From the NCBI RefSeq assembly GCF_030013595.1, contig NZ_CP122768.1: 64,000 bases of DNA; one strand, given 5' to 3'. Below the pieces are notes generated by a model, which saw only the letters and a list, made by a program, of their open reading frames with translations, was not told the origin of the DNA and searched no databases. Origin of the DNA: Escherichia coli (GTDB taxonomy: Bacteria; Pseudomonadota; Gammaproteobacteria; Enterobacterales; Enterobacteriaceae). This document shows, in pieces, positions 43,273 to 54,749 of this stretch. Made by a program: the position numbers and the translations under genes. Position 1 is the first letter of the stretch. The number at the start of each line of letters is the position of its first letter.

Positions 43273-44056
43273 GAAGATATTCCTTAAAATATTATTGATT
43301 TTCATTGCGATATTGTATGTCTGATTCAGGATATGTTGACTTATACATCGGTTTTGTCTGGGTTATTGGATATGCCAATCCCTAATTTTATTAGGGCATG
43401 ACTAAAAATGCTGAATATGATAAGGAGAGAAGTGATTATCAGTATGCTGTTCATATAGCCTCGAATTAGTAATGTGTTATATATGATATAGTTGACAATT
43501 TTTATCTTGGGTGTTCTTAAAGTTCGTAGATAAACATTGTCGTTTCAGGTATACAGGAATGCTAACAGGTGGCGGCAAAAATCAGGCGGTTTATGGCGCA
43601 ATCTGAAGTGGCAACTGCAAACTATCTTATGCAGAGACTCTACACGGATTGGGTTTAAAAGTATACATAGATAACAATTTTTATCTGAAGAAGAAAAATA
43701 TCAAGGTGATATAGCCTATATGCCTTTGATGCGGAGGAATGAATGTGATGGGAGTGATGTATCTGAATAGTTGAAAAACCGCAGACACGCCTTATGCAAG
43801 AACGTGCTGCGGTTGGCTGGTAAATTTTTCGATAGTGCGAGTATTGAATGATTTCCAGCCGTTATTGATTTTACGCGTAAATCCATGAAAAAACTACTTA
43901 TCTGTTGGGGAGTTTTTTGGGGCATATATGGGACAGAAATAGGCCCCAGATAGACACTGAGATCGAACTTAGGATGCTTTTAAAAAAATGCAACTATCTG
44001 AAAAAACCTAGAAAACGCCAAGGAAACCACAGGATGGGAAAAAACACCTGTGAATT

Positions 44057-45340
44057 ATGGATTTCCAGTTATATTCGCTCGGCGCAGCGTTAGTGTTTCA
44101 TGAAATATTTTTTCCTGAATCATCAACGGCAATGGCGTTAATTCTGGCAATGGGAACCTACGGTGCAGGTTATGTGGCGCGTATTGTCGGAGCATTTATT
44201 TTCGGCAAAATGGGCGACAGAATCGGGCGTAAAAAAGTACTCTTTATTACCATCACCATGATGGGGATCTGTACCACCTTAATTGGTGTGTTACCGACCT
44301 ATGCACAGATTGGTGTTTTTGCACCCATCTTGCTGGTGACGCTGCGTATTATTCAGGGATTGGGTGCAGGTGCGGAAATTTCCGGTGCCGGTACGATGCT
44401 GGCGGAATATGCGCCAAAAGGTAAGCGCGGAATTATCTCCTCATTTGTGGCTATGGGGACTAACTGCGGAACCTTGAGCGCAACGGCAATCTGGGCCTTT
44501 ATGTTCTTCATTCTCAGTAAAGAGGAACTGCTTGCGTGGGGATGGCGTATACCGTTCCTGGCGAGCGTTGTCGTGATGGTCTTTGCTATCTGGTTGCGTA
44601 TGAATCTGAAAGAAAGCCCGGTCTTTGAGAAGGTTAACGACAGCAACCAACCGACAGCAAAACCTGCACCTGCTGGTAGCATGTTCCAGAGCAAATCCTT
44701 CTGGCTGGCAACAGGGCTGCGTTTTGGTCAGGCTGGTAACTCCGGTTTAATTCAGACTTTCCTTGCAGGCTATTTAGTGCAGACGTTATTGTTTAACAAA
44801 GCAATTCCAACAGATGCATTGATGATCAGTTCGATTCTCGGCTTTATGACCATTCCGTTCCTTGGTTGGTTATCCGATAAAATTGGTCGCCGGATCCCGT
44901 ATATTATTATGAATACCTCTGCGATTGTGCTGGCGTGGCCAATGCTTTCTATCATCGTAGATAAAAGCTATGCCCCGAGCACCATTATGGTTGCACTGAT
45001 TGTGATTCATAACTGTGCGGTGCTGGGATTATTTGCTCTGGAAAACATTACCATGGCAGAAATGTTCGGCTGTAAAAACCGCTTTACCCGGATGGCTATT
45101 TCTAAAGAAATTGGTGGTCTTATCGCTTCCGGTTTTGGTCCTATCCTAGCGGGTATTTTCTGCACCATGACGGAATCCTGGTATCCGATCGCCATTATGA
45201 TCATGGCATATTCAGTGATTGGTTTAATCTCTGCGCTGAAAATGCCAGAAGTGAAAGACCGTGATTTAAGTGCACTGGAAGATGCCGCGGAAGATCAACC
45301 GCGTGTTGTAACAGCTGCGCAACCTTCAAGAAGTCTGTAA
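44057..45340 (+). pseudogene. ydfJ: MFS transporter YdfJ, 5'-truncated by prophage integration
   Basis: ORF begins MDFQLYSLGAALVFHEIFFPESS, which corresponds to the middle of TM1 in related full-length MFS proteins (about 30 N-terminal residues missing); in-frame stop directly upstream. Confidence 0.65.
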
Positions 45341-45429
45341 ATCCTCCATCCCTTCTCTTACCGGAGAGGGGATTTTTTATTCATATAACAAAACATGCAG
45401 CTTGCCATATTTAAATTTAAGGAATTGTT

Positions 45430-46890
45430 ATGGGAAATAATTTGTTATCAGCAAAAGCGACACTCCCTGTTTATGATCGTAATAACCTGGCCCCAAGAAT
45501 TGTTCATTTAGGCTTTGGTGCATTTCACCGTGCGCATCAGGGCGTGTATGCCGATATTCTTGCTACAAAACATTTCAGTGATTGGGGATATTATGAGGTC
45601 AATTTAATCGGCGGCGAACAGCAAATTGCCGATTTACAACAGCAAGATAATCTTTATACCGTTGCGGAAATGTCGGCCGATGCGTGGACGGCTCGCGTCG
45701 TTGGCGTCGTTAAAAAAGCCTTGCACGTACAGATTGATGGCTTAGAAACCGTGTTGGCTGCGATGTGTGAACCGCAAATCGCGATTGTCTCTCTGACAAT
45801 CACCGAAAAAGGGTATTTCCACTCTCCGGCGACCGGACAGTTAATGCTCGATCACCCGATGGTCGTTGCCGACGTACAAAATCCCCACCAGCCGAAAACT
45901 GCAACAGGGGTGATTGTCGAGGCGCTGGCTCGCCGTAAAGCGGCAGGACTTCCCGCATTTACCGTCATGTCATGTGACAACATGCCAGAAAACGGTCATG
46001 TTATGCGCGACGTTGTCACTTCCTACGCGCAAGCTGTTGATGTAAAACTGGCACAATGGATCGAAGAAAACGTGACTTTCCCATCAACAATGGTGGACCG
46101 TATTGTGCCCGCAGTGACGGAGGATACGCTGGCGAAAATCGAACAACTTACCGGTGTGCGCGATCCTGCTGGCGTTGCCTGTGAACCTTTCCGCCAGTGG
46201 GTAATAGAAGATAACTTTGTTGCCGGACGTCCGGAATGGGAAAAAGCGGGAGCCGAACTGGTTAGTGATGTGCTGCCTTATGAAGAGATGAAGTTGCGCA
46301 TGCTCAACGGCAGTCATTCATTCCTGGCGTATCTGGGGTATCTTGCCGGATATCAGCACATTAATGACTGCATGGAAGATGAACATTATCGTCATGCAGC
46401 GTATGCCTTGATGTTGCAGGAACAAGCGCCGACGTTGAAAGTGCAGGGTGTTGATTTGCAAGATTACGCTAACCGATTAATTGAACGCTATAGCAACCCG
46501 GCGCTACGTCATCGAACCTGGCAGATTGCGATGGATGGCAGCCAGAAATTGCCACAGCGGATGTTGGATTCTGTTCGCTGGCTTCTGGCGCATGACAGCA
46601 AGTTCGATCTGCTGGCGCTGGGCGTCGCAGGTTGGATGCGTTATGTCGGTGGTGTTGATGAACAGGGAAATCCGATAGAAATCAGTGACCCACTGTTACC
46701 TGTTATTCAGAAGGCTGTACAAAGTAGTGCCGAAGGGAAAGCGCGCGTCCAGTCATTGCTGGCGATTAAGGCGATCTTTGGTGATGATTTGCCAGACAAT
46801 AGCTTGTTTACTGCAAAAGTGACGGAAGCGTACTTGTCTTTATTAGCGCATGGTGCGAAAGCGACCGTGGCGAAATATTCCGTGAAGTAA
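45430..46890 (+). CDS. ydfI: Mannitol-dehydrogenase-family oxidoreductase YdfI
   Basis: 486 aa with N-terminal Rossmann motif [12 protein letters not shown]. Confidence 0.85.
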   Translation: MGNNLLSAKATLPVYDRNNLAPRIVHLGFGAFHRAHQGVYADILATKHFSDWGYYEVNLIGGEQQIADLQQQDNLYTVAEMSADAWTARVVGVVKKALHVQIDGLETVLAAMCEPQIAIVSLTITEKGYFHSPATGQLMLDHPMVVADVQNPHQPKTATGVIVEALARRKAAGLPAFTVMSCDNMPENGHVMRDVVTSYAQAVDVKLAQWIEENVTFPSTMVDRIVPAVTEDTLAKIEQLTGVRDPAGVACEPFRQWVIEDNFVAGRPEWEKAGAELVSDVLPYEEMKLRMLNGSHSFLAYLGYLAGYQHINDCMEDEHYRHAAYALMLQEQAPTLKVQGVDLQDYANRLIERYSNPALRHRTWQIAMDGSQKLPQRMLDSVRWLLAHDSKFDLLALGVAGWMRYVGGVDEQGNPIEISDPLLPVIQKAVQSSAEGKARVQSLLAIKAIFGDDLPDNSLFTAKVTEAYLSLLAHGAKATVAKYSVK

Positions 46891-46898
46891 AAAAAGCA

Positions 46899-46919
46899 AT
46901 GCCGCCATCGGCGGCATTC
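46899..46919. terminator. Bidirectional terminator hairpin between ydfI and ydfZ
   Basis: AATGCCGCC-ATC-GGCGGCATT. Confidence 0.5.
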
Positions 46920-46925
46920 ACACGC

Positions 46926-47129
46926 TTAGTTCATGCCGAGACGAATCAGGTCCAGAGGTGCCAGTTTCTCTTCACAACCTTCAACAACTACGGTTTTTCC
47001 GCGGCGGATTTGCTCAGCGGTCAGACCTTCAGTATCAATCGACAGGATCTTGCCAGTGTGACCGGTGCCGCTAACCATAACACGGCTGCCAGTGGTGATT
47101 GCGTTACGGTTACGATCGTAGGTCGTCAT
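46926..47129 (-). CDS. ydfZ: Small protein YdfZ (67 aa)
   Basis: [45 protein letters not shown]... Confidence 0.8.
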
Positions 47130-47305
47130 AGGTGTTTTCTCCTTTCTGATTTACAGTCGAAGCCCACGTAACGGGCGCAATATAAATACTCCTGTCGAGT
47201 GAAATATTTTTTGTTTTTGATCAAGCTCACATCTTTTTTGATGCATGCATGAGCCATAAGGCGGGGGGAGAGACTCTCACCCCGAATGGGATGAGAGGAA
47301 ATGAA

Positions 47306-47992
47306 TTACTCTTCGCTAAACCAGTCGCTGTTTTCCTGGCGGATCTGGCGCACGGATTCGCTGATTTCCTGCAAATGTTGCGTCATTGCACGTTCTACCG
47401 CATCGCCATCACGTTTTTGCAGGGCAGAGAAAATATCAAGATGCTGGCGTAACAGCATTTCTGGTGGAGAAACGTGGTCGAAACTCATATAGCGCACGCG
47501 ATCAACGGTCGCTTTCAGGTTCTCAATGGTATCCCACGCCAGTTGACAGTCGGCAATCTGCGTCAGGAGTTGATGGAAGTTGTCATCAAGTTCAAAAAAA
47601 TCATCCAGTTGCTTGCGCTCAATGGCAATGCGTTGCTGGTGAAGATTTTGTTCCAGTTGGTAGCACTGGCTTTCGGTAATCATGCTCGCCGCCCGACGCG
47701 CCACCGCGCACTCAATGGCCTGACGGATAAAACTGCCGTTGCGCACCTGGGCCATGGAAATTTTGTTGACGTAGCTGCCACGCTGCGGACGAATTTGAAT
47801 CAGGCCGTTTTCCGCCAGTTTAATAAAGGCTTCACGAACCGGCTGGCGTGACACATTGAAACGAACAGAAACTTCTTTTTCCGACAACGGTGTGCCTGGT
47901 GCAATCAGGCAATGGACAATGTCGCGACGAAGAATACGATAAATCTGCTGATTGACAGGCTGTGTGGGATTAAGTTGCGTTTCGACGGTCAT
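47306..47992 (-). CDS. ydfH: GntR/FadR-family transcriptional regulator YdfH
   Basis: 228 aa with N-terminal GntR HTH and FCD-like C-terminal domain. Confidence 0.8.
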
Positions 47993-48080
47993 TCGTTCTT
48001 GCTTGTGAGTGAGTTAACTGCATGAGTCTACCACTTTTTTGTGACAAGCAATAACCCGGCAGTTACGCCGGGTATAAAAA

Positions 48081-48827
48081 TTACTGACGGTGGACATTCA
48101 GTCCGGCATAGCTTTGGGTAACCGGCATCATTTCCAGGGTATTGATATTAACGTGAGCAGGCAGCGTTGATACCCACCAGACGGCTTCGCTGACATCTTC
48201 TGGCGTCAATGCAACGGTATTTTGATAGGTTTTTTCCGCTTTACCGTCATCGCCTTTAAAGCGGACATTGGAAAACTCGGTGCCACCCACCAGACCCGGT
48301 TCGATGTCGGTGACGCGCACCGCCGTACCATGCAGGTCCGTACGCAGATTCAGGCTAAACTGACGAACAAACGCTTTCGTCGCACCGTAAACGTTACCAC
48401 CGGCATACGGCCAGCTACCTGCCGTTGAGCCAATGTTAATAATATGACCATGATTACGTTCAACCATACCCGGTAAGACGGCGCGCGTCATATATACCAG
48501 GCCTTTATTGTTGGTATCAATCATCGTTTCCCAGTCTTCAACGCTGGCTTTATGCGCAGGCTCCATGCCCAACGCCAGGCCGGCATTATTTACCAGGATA
48601 TCAATATTGCTCCACTCGGCAGGAAGCGATGCCAGCATCTCTTCAATAGCGGCGCGGTTGCGAACGTCCAGTTGGGCGATATAAAGATTATCTCCCAGTT
48701 CGTCTTTTAACTCCTGCAACCGCTCCTGGCGACGGCCAGTGGCGATAACTTTATGCCCTTGTTGAATAAAACGACGAGTAATGCATTCACCAAAACCTGC
48801 CGTTGCTCCAGTTACTAAAACGATCAT
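48081..48827 (-). CDS. ydfG: Short-chain dehydrogenase (NADP-dependent 3-hydroxy acid dehydrogenase) YdfG
   Basis: MIVLVTGATAGFGECITRRF... with TGATAGFG Rossmann motif and YxxxK. Confidence 0.85.
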   Translation of the reverse strand: MIVLVTGATAGFGECITRRFIQQGHKVIATGRRQERLQELKDELGDNLYIAQLDVRNRAAIEEMLASLPAEWSNIDILVNNAGLALGMEPAHKASVEDWETMIDTNNKGLVYMTRAVLPGMVERNHGHIINIGSTAGSWPYAGGNVYGATKAFVRQFSLNLRTDLHGTAVRVTDIEPGLVGGTEFSNVRFKGDDGKAEKTYQNTVALTPEDVSEAVWWVSTLPAHVNINTLEMMPVTQSYAGLNVHRQ

Positions 48828-48963
48828 CTCACTGTTCCTCAACGCTTTTGTGTGTCAATAACATAGCACGTGATGCTTAAGAGCGGGTAATACTGGTTTG
48901 CAAGATTGCACTCCGTTATCAGTAAGCCTACGCTATGGAACACCTCGCGTTCAGGAGAAGAAA

Positions 48964-51009
48964 ATGACAACAATGAATCCTTTCCTTGTGCAAAGCACAC
49001 TGCCGTATCTGGCTCCCCATTTTGATCAAATTGCCAATCATCACTATCGCCCGGCATTCGATGAGGGAATGCAGCAAAAGCGGGCAGAAATTGCTGCCAT
49101 CGCGCTTAACCCGCAAACACCTGATTTCAACAATACTATTCTGGCACTGGAACAAAGCGGAGAATTACTTACCCGCGTTACCAGCGTCTTTTTTGCGATG
49201 ACTGCGGCGCATACTAATGATGAATTACAGCGTCTTGATGAACAGTTTTCCGCTGAACTGGCGGAACTGGCTAATGATATCTATCTGAACGGTGAATTAT
49301 TCGCGCGGGTAGATGCTGTCTGGCAACGCCGTGAATCCCTGGGACTTGATAGTGAATCCATCCGCCTGGTGGAGGTCATTCATCAACGTTTTGTCCTTGC
49401 CGGAGCCAAACTTGCACAAGCTGATAAAGCAAAATTAAAAGTCCTGAATACAGAAGCTGCGACCCTGACCAGCCAGTTTAACCAGCGGTTACTGGCAGCA
49501 AATAAATCCGGCGGTCTGGTTGTGAACGATTTCGCGCAGCTGGCAGGAATGAGTGAGCAAGAGATTGCGCTGGCGGCAGAGGCGGCTCGCGAGAAAGGTC
49601 TGGATAACAAATGGCTGATTCCGTTGCTGAATACCACCCAGCAACCAGCGCTTGCTGAACTGCGCGATCGCGCGACGCGTGAAAAACTGTTCACTGCGGG
49701 CTGGACGCGAGCGGAAAAAAATGATGCCAATGATACCCGCGCTATCATTCAACGTCTGGTGGAGATCCGCGCGCAGCAGGCGAAACTGCTTGGTTTCCCT
49801 CATTATGCCGCATGGAAAATCGCCGATCAGATGGCAAAAACGCCAGAAGCAGCACTCAACTTTATGCGGGAAATTGTTCCAGCGGCGCGTCAACGTGCGA
49901 GCGATGAATTAGCCTCCATACAGGCGGTTATCGATAAGCAGCAGGGCGGGTTTAGCGCGCAGCCGTGGGACTGGGCATTTTATGCCGAGCAGGTAAGACG
50001 TGAGAAATTCGATCTCGATGAATCGCAGCTCAAGCCATATTTTGAATTAAACACGGTGTTGAATGAAGGTGTATTCTGGACCGCGAATCAGCTCTTCGGT
50101 ATTAAGTTTGTCGAACGTTTTGATATTCCTGTCTACCATCCTGACGTTCGTGTATGGGAAATTTTTGATCATAATGGCGTGGGGCTGGCGTTATTTTACG
50201 GTGATTTCTTCGCCCGTGATTCAAAAAGCGGCGGTGCATGGATGGGCAATTTTGTTGAGCAATCAACGCTTAATGAAACGCATCCGGTAATTTATAACGT
50301 CTGCAATTATCAGAAACCCGCTGCCGGTGAGCCTGCGTTGTTACTCTGGGATGATGTCATAACCTTATTCCATGAATTTGGTCATACGTTGCACGGCCTC
50401 TTTGCCCGCCAGCGTTATGCCACACTTTCCGGCACCAACACGCCGCGTGATTTTGTCGAATTTCCGTCGCAAATCAACGAACACTGGGCAACGCATCCGC
50501 AGGTATTCGCTCGCTACGCCCGGCATTATCAGAGCGGGGCAGCAATGCCTGACGAACTGCAACAGAAAATGCGTAATGCCAGCCTGTTCAATAAAGGGTA
50601 TGAGATGAGCGAACTGCTTAGCGCCGCACTTCTCGATATGCGCTGGCATTGCCTGGAAGAAAACGAAGCAATGCAGGATGTCGATGATTTCGAATTGCGG
50701 GCGCTGGTGGCAGAAAATATGGATCTTCCCGCTATACCGCCACGCTATCGCAGCAGTTATTTCGCCCATATTTTTGGTGGCGGATATGCCGCAGGTTATT
50801 ACGCTTATCTGTGGACGCAAATGTTGGCCGATGATGGTTACCAGTGGTTTGTTGAGCAGGGCGGATTAACGCGTGAAAATGGGCGGCGTTTTCGCGAGGC
50901 GATTCTTTCCAGAGGTAACAGCGAAGATCTGGAACGCCTGTATCGACAATGGCGCGGTAAGGCACCTCAGATTATGCCGATGCTGCAACATCGTGGCTTG
51001 AACGTATAA
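48964..51009 (+). CDS. dcp: Peptidyl-dipeptidase Dcp (M3 metallopeptidase)
   Basis: 681 aa from MTTMNPFLVQS... after AGGAGAAG; HEFGH zinc motif. Confidence 0.9.
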   Translation: MTTMNPFLVQSTLPYLAPHFDQIANHHYRPAFDEGMQQKRAEIAAIALNPQTPDFNNTILALEQSGELLTRVTSVFFAMTAAHTNDELQRLDEQFSAELAELANDIYLNGELFARVDAVWQRRESLGLDSESIRLVEVIHQRFVLAGAKLAQADKAKLKVLNTEAATLTSQFNQRLLAANKSGGLVVNDFAQLAGMSEQEIALAAEAAREKGLDNKWLIPLLNTTQQPALAELRDRATREKLFTAGWTRAEKNDANDTRAIIQRLVEIRAQQAKLLGFPHYAAWKIADQMAKTPEAALNFMREIVPAARQRASDELASIQAVIDKQQGGFSAQPWDWAFYAEQVRREKFDLDESQLKPYFELNTVLNEGVFWTANQLFGIKFVERFDIPVYHPDVRVWEIFDHNGVGLALFYGDFFARDSKSGGAWMGNFVEQSTLNETHPVIYNVCNYQKPAAGEPALLLWDDVITLFHEFGHTLHGLFARQRYATLSGTNTPRDFVEFPSQINEHWATHPQVFARYARHYQSGAAMPDELQQKMRNASLFNKGYEMSELLSAALLDMRWHCLEENEAMQDVDDFELRALVAENMDLPAIPPRYRSSYFAHIFGGGYAAGYYAYLWTQMLADDGYQWFVEQGGLTRENGRRFREAILSRGNSEDLERLYRQWRGKAPQIMPMLQHRGLNV

Positions 51010-51373
51010 ACACCACCAATGGCTGGCCTGGATTTATCGCCAGACCAGCCTCGTTATAGCAGTAATTGCAGCAGCTGGGTGAGGGCAAACTTCACCGCTA
51101 ATGCGAATGCCGTTTCGCAGTCGCCAGCAAAATTACTTTTTTTGTATACCCTTCCGTTATAATAATTTTCAAATTTATAAATCTGATTGTTCTGAAATAT
51201 GTTTAAGACTCTTTAATCTTCTTCTTACTTTAGTGAGTTAAATTCTCTTAATATTTGACAGCTAGTTGCCTGATTTTAAATGCCTTATAACAATTGGCAG
51301 TATTCTTATTTGTCAATTATAAAAATAGCAACCAGACTTAATAAGTCAAACCAAACGCAATTAAGGAGTCAGT

Positions 51374-51766
51374 ATGAAATTTCAGGCCATTGTATTAGCA
51401 AGTTTTCTTGTCATGCCTTATGCGTTGGCAGATGACCAGGGCGGATTAAAACAGGATGCAGCGCCACCGCCGCCTCATGCAATAGAAGATGGCTATCGCG
51501 GAACCGATGATGCAAAAAAAATGACCGTTGATTTCGCAAAAACCATGCATGATGGCGCTTCGGTTTCACTACGCGGTAATTTGATTTCTCACAAAGGAGA
51601 GGACCGTTACGTTTTTCGCGATAAGAGCGGTGAAATTAATGTTGTTATTCCTGCGGCAGTCTTTGATGGACGAGAAGTTCAGCCGGACCAGATGATCAAC
51701 ATTAGCGGTAGTCTGGATAAGAAAAGCGCTCCGGCCGTCGTTCGGGTCACTCATTTGCAGAAATAA
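51374..51766 (+). CDS. ydeI: OB-fold periplasmic protein YdeI (YgiW/BOF family)
   Basis: 130 aa with signal peptide [19 protein letters not shown]. Confidence 0.8.
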
Positions 51767-51803
51767 AAATAAATTAGCCTGATGGCCTGAACTACTGGGC
51801 CAT

Positions 51804-51835
51804 TAGGTTATTGGGTTATTGGGTTATTGGGTTAT
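51804..51835 (+). repeat. Short tandem repeat (GGGTTATT, about 3.5 copies)
   Basis: aggttattgggttattgggttattgggttat downstream of ydeI. Confidence 0.5.
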
Positions 51836-52036
51836 GCTATTTGTCATCCTTTTAATTGCGATAATGCAGGCTTAATTTACAGAATTAAACACTTTTTTAT
51901 CTGCTGATTTTGTTTCAAATCACAATGTTATCTCAGAGGTGATTCATAACTTCGGATTTCTATGAAAATATTGACGTAATTTTGCTTTTCTCTCGTTAGA
52001 ATAGCGCGCACAAGGAACTGTGAAAAAGGAGTGGCA

Positions 52037-52927
52037 ATGATCAAGAAGACAACGGAAATTGATGCCATCTTGTTAAATCTCAATAAGGCTATCGATGCCC
52101 ACTACCAGTGGCTGGTAAGTATGTTTCGCAGCGTAGTCGCGAGAGATGCCAGTAAGCCAGAAATAACGGATAACCATTCTTATGGACTGTGCCAGTTTGG
52201 TCGGTGGATTGATCATCTGGGACCACTCGATAACGATGAATTACCTTATGTTCGGCTAATGGATTCTGCCCATCAACATATGCATAACTGTGGTCGGGAA
52301 TTAATGCTGGCTATTGTTGAAAATCACTGGCAGGACGCGCATTTCGACGCCTTTCAGGAAGGGTTGCTTTCTTTTACTGCGGCATTAACCGATTACAAAA
52401 TTTATTTGCTGACGATCCGTAGCAATATGGATGTTTTGACGGGATTGCCGGGTCGTCGGGTTCTTGATGAATCCTTTGATCATCAGTTACGCAACGCTGA
52501 GCCTCTGAATCTTTATTTAATGTTGTTGGATATTGACCGATTTAAATTGGTTAATGATACCTACGGGCATTTAATCGGCGATGTAGTATTACGCACCCTG
52601 GCAACTTACTTAGCCAGTTGGACGCGCGATTACGAAACGGTTTATCGCTACGGTGGCGAAGAATTTATCATTATTGTCAAAGCGGCTAATGATGAAGAAG
52701 CATGTCGTGCAGGTATCAGAATTTGCCAGTTAGTCGATAACCATGCCATCACACATTCTGAAGGGCATATCAACATTACTGTGACAGCAGGTGTGAGTCG
52801 CGCATTTCCTGAAGAGCCTCTGGATGTGGTCATTGGAAGAGCGGACCGGGCAATGTATGAGGGTAAGCAAACCGGAAGAAATCGCTGTATGTTTATTGAC
52901 GAACAAAACGTGATTAACCGAGTTTAA
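52037..52927 (+). CDS. dgcZ: Zinc-sensing diguanylate cyclase DgcZ (YdeH)
   Basis: 296 aa MIKKTTEIDAILLNLNKAIDAHYQWL... with GGEEF motif (RYGGEEFIII). Confidence 0.85.
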   Translation: MIKKTTEIDAILLNLNKAIDAHYQWLVSMFRSVVARDASKPEITDNHSYGLCQFGRWIDHLGPLDNDELPYVRLMDSAHQHMHNCGRELMLAIVENHWQDAHFDAFQEGLLSFTAALTDYKIYLLTIRSNMDVLTGLPGRRVLDESFDHQLRNAEPLNLYLMLLDIDRFKLVNDTYGHLIGDVVLRTLATYLASWTRDYETVYRYGGEEFIIIVKAANDEEACRAGIRICQLVDNHAITHSEGHINITVTAGVSRAFPEEPLDVVIGRADRAMYEGKQTGRNRCMFIDEQNVINRV

Positions 52928-53367
52928 GCTCCGTTTAACATTCATTGAGAAAACTGATGCTACTGTGTCAACGATCCGTTATCAGTGCAGGAAAATGCCT
53001 GTTAGCGTAAAAGCAAAACACAAATCTATCCATGCAAGCATTCACCGCCGGTTTACTGGCGGTTTTTTTTCGCCGTCATAAAAATCAGGCCCCTTGTACA
53101 CAGTTGTAACAAGGGGCCGGTTAGGTGAGGGATTATCTCCGTTCATTAGTCATCCCATTTGTGGCTGAAATACGCGGCCAGAAAACCAGAAAATAAAATT
53201 ATTCCCAGTACGGCCATAAAAACATTCATATTACCCAGCATTATTTGCCTCCGTTTATGGTGTGGTGTGTTTCCTCGCTTACCTTAATTTTCATCTCAAT
53301 GAGAAAGATATTAGCAGAGGTAACCTAAACGAAGGCTGAATTAAATTTTTATTGTGTTCGACTTAAA

Positions 53368-54555
53368 TCAACAAAGCGCGGGCTGCCCCCACGGTCTTGC
53401 ACGAATTCCTTTTAACATAAGCACCCACGCAGCAATGATCACCAACGCTAAGATGATAAACAGCGAGAAAGGCGGCAGACTGGTAAGCACTATGCCACTC
53501 ACTAATGGGTTAATCGCCGCACCAAGCCAGCCTAAAGACTGAGCGGAAAAATAGCTGGCTTTCATTCCTGGCGGTGCAATATGGTCAATCAACATATACT
53601 CGCCCGGCGCATAAATGATTTCACCGACAGTAAATACCGCAGCTGACATACCCCACAATAGCAGGCTGTTGCCGGAAAAAATAAAACCGACCAGCCCAAT
53701 GACGAAACAGAGGGTGCCTGCTGTCATCAGCGCGCGGATGTTAGCCGGGTTAAGGCGGCGGCCCACGGAATATTGCAACGTAACCACCATGGCAGCATTC
53801 ACCGGAAGAACAACCGCGACCACCTTTTCGGCAAAATCACCATCAGCAATCACCATCACATATTGTGAAATGCATGAAGCAAATGCGCCGCTAACAAAAG
53901 AAGCCAGAAAGCCAGAGCAGGTAAACCACAACAGTGCTTTATCTTGTAATAAAACTTTCGGCGACCAGACACTGCCTGTTTCCGTGGCGATGATTTTCTC
54001 GCTGCGCTTTACCCAAATTTGAATGAAAAGCATGGGAAACGCGGAACAGATAGCTGCCAGCCAAAAGGGCAGATTGATGCTCTGCATCACCAACAGCGTG
54101 CCGAGCGGCGGACCGATGGTCCAGCCAATGTTGAGCATGGTGTAGTTGATTGAGAAGATTTTCGTTTTGCTGGTGGAGGAAAGATTGTCGGCAAACCAGG
54201 CTTTCAACACGGTAGCAAAAACGGAATAGGCGCAGTTAATAAGGGCAAAAAAGAGCACCACCAGCGTCACGTTATTCACTAAAGGAATGGCAATAAAACC
54301 GCTGGCGAAGGCGGTAATTGCAAGTAACATATAGCGTTTCTTGTCGAACTTATCCGCCAGGATACCAAAACCGAGGCTAAAAACGACGCCAATAGTGAGC
54401 GCAATTGTCATCGCATAACCGATTAGATCGACACTCAGGCTGTACTGGCGACTCAAGTAAATGGTCATAAACGGCAGCGTAGCGCCGCGTCCGATGGTTA
54501 ATAACAACGACGAGGCAAGAAGGGCGCTGGTAGAGCGTCGTAGGGATAAGTTCAT
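53368..54555 (-). CDS. ydeE: MFS transporter YdeE
   Basis: 395 aa, 12-TM MFS-like. Confidence 0.8.
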   Translation of the reverse strand: MNLSLRRSTSALLASSLLLTIGRGATLPFMTIYLSRQYSLSVDLIGYAMTIALTIGVVFSLGFGILADKFDKKRYMLLAITAFASGFIAIPLVNNVTLVVLFFALINCAYSVFATVLKAWFADNLSSTSKTKIFSINYTMLNIGWTIGPPLGTLLVMQSINLPFWLAAICSAFPMLFIQIWVKRSEKIIATETGSVWSPKVLLQDKALLWFTCSGFLASFVSGAFASCISQYVMVIADGDFAEKVVAVVLPVNAAMVVTLQYSVGRRLNPANIRALMTAGTLCFVIGLVGFIFSGNSLLLWGMSAAVFTVGEIIYAPGEYMLIDHIAPPGMKASYFSAQSLGWLGAAINPLVSGIVLTSLPPFSLFIILALVIIAAWVLMLKGIRARPWGQPALC

Positions 54556-54749
54556 TTGTCTGTCCGGCAGTGCGTTTCGTTATGTTTTGTTTTAGAGATG
54601 TAAAGAAATAGCATGGCAAAAATCCGAAGTATAGCGACTTATTTGCGCATTAATGCCGTCGTAATCGGCGACTAACGAATCAACTGTTAAAGAAAAGTAA
54701 ATTCAGCTAAGTTGATTGCTTACAAAAGATGAAATTCAGAGGCGGTAGA

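Noticed and set aside
47386-47851. ORFs antisense to ydfH
   Set aside because: Lie within a well-supported GntR-family gene on the opposite strand.
51804-51835. Possible CRISPR array
   Set aside because: Repeat unit of only 8 bp with no spacers; no cas genes anywhere in the window.
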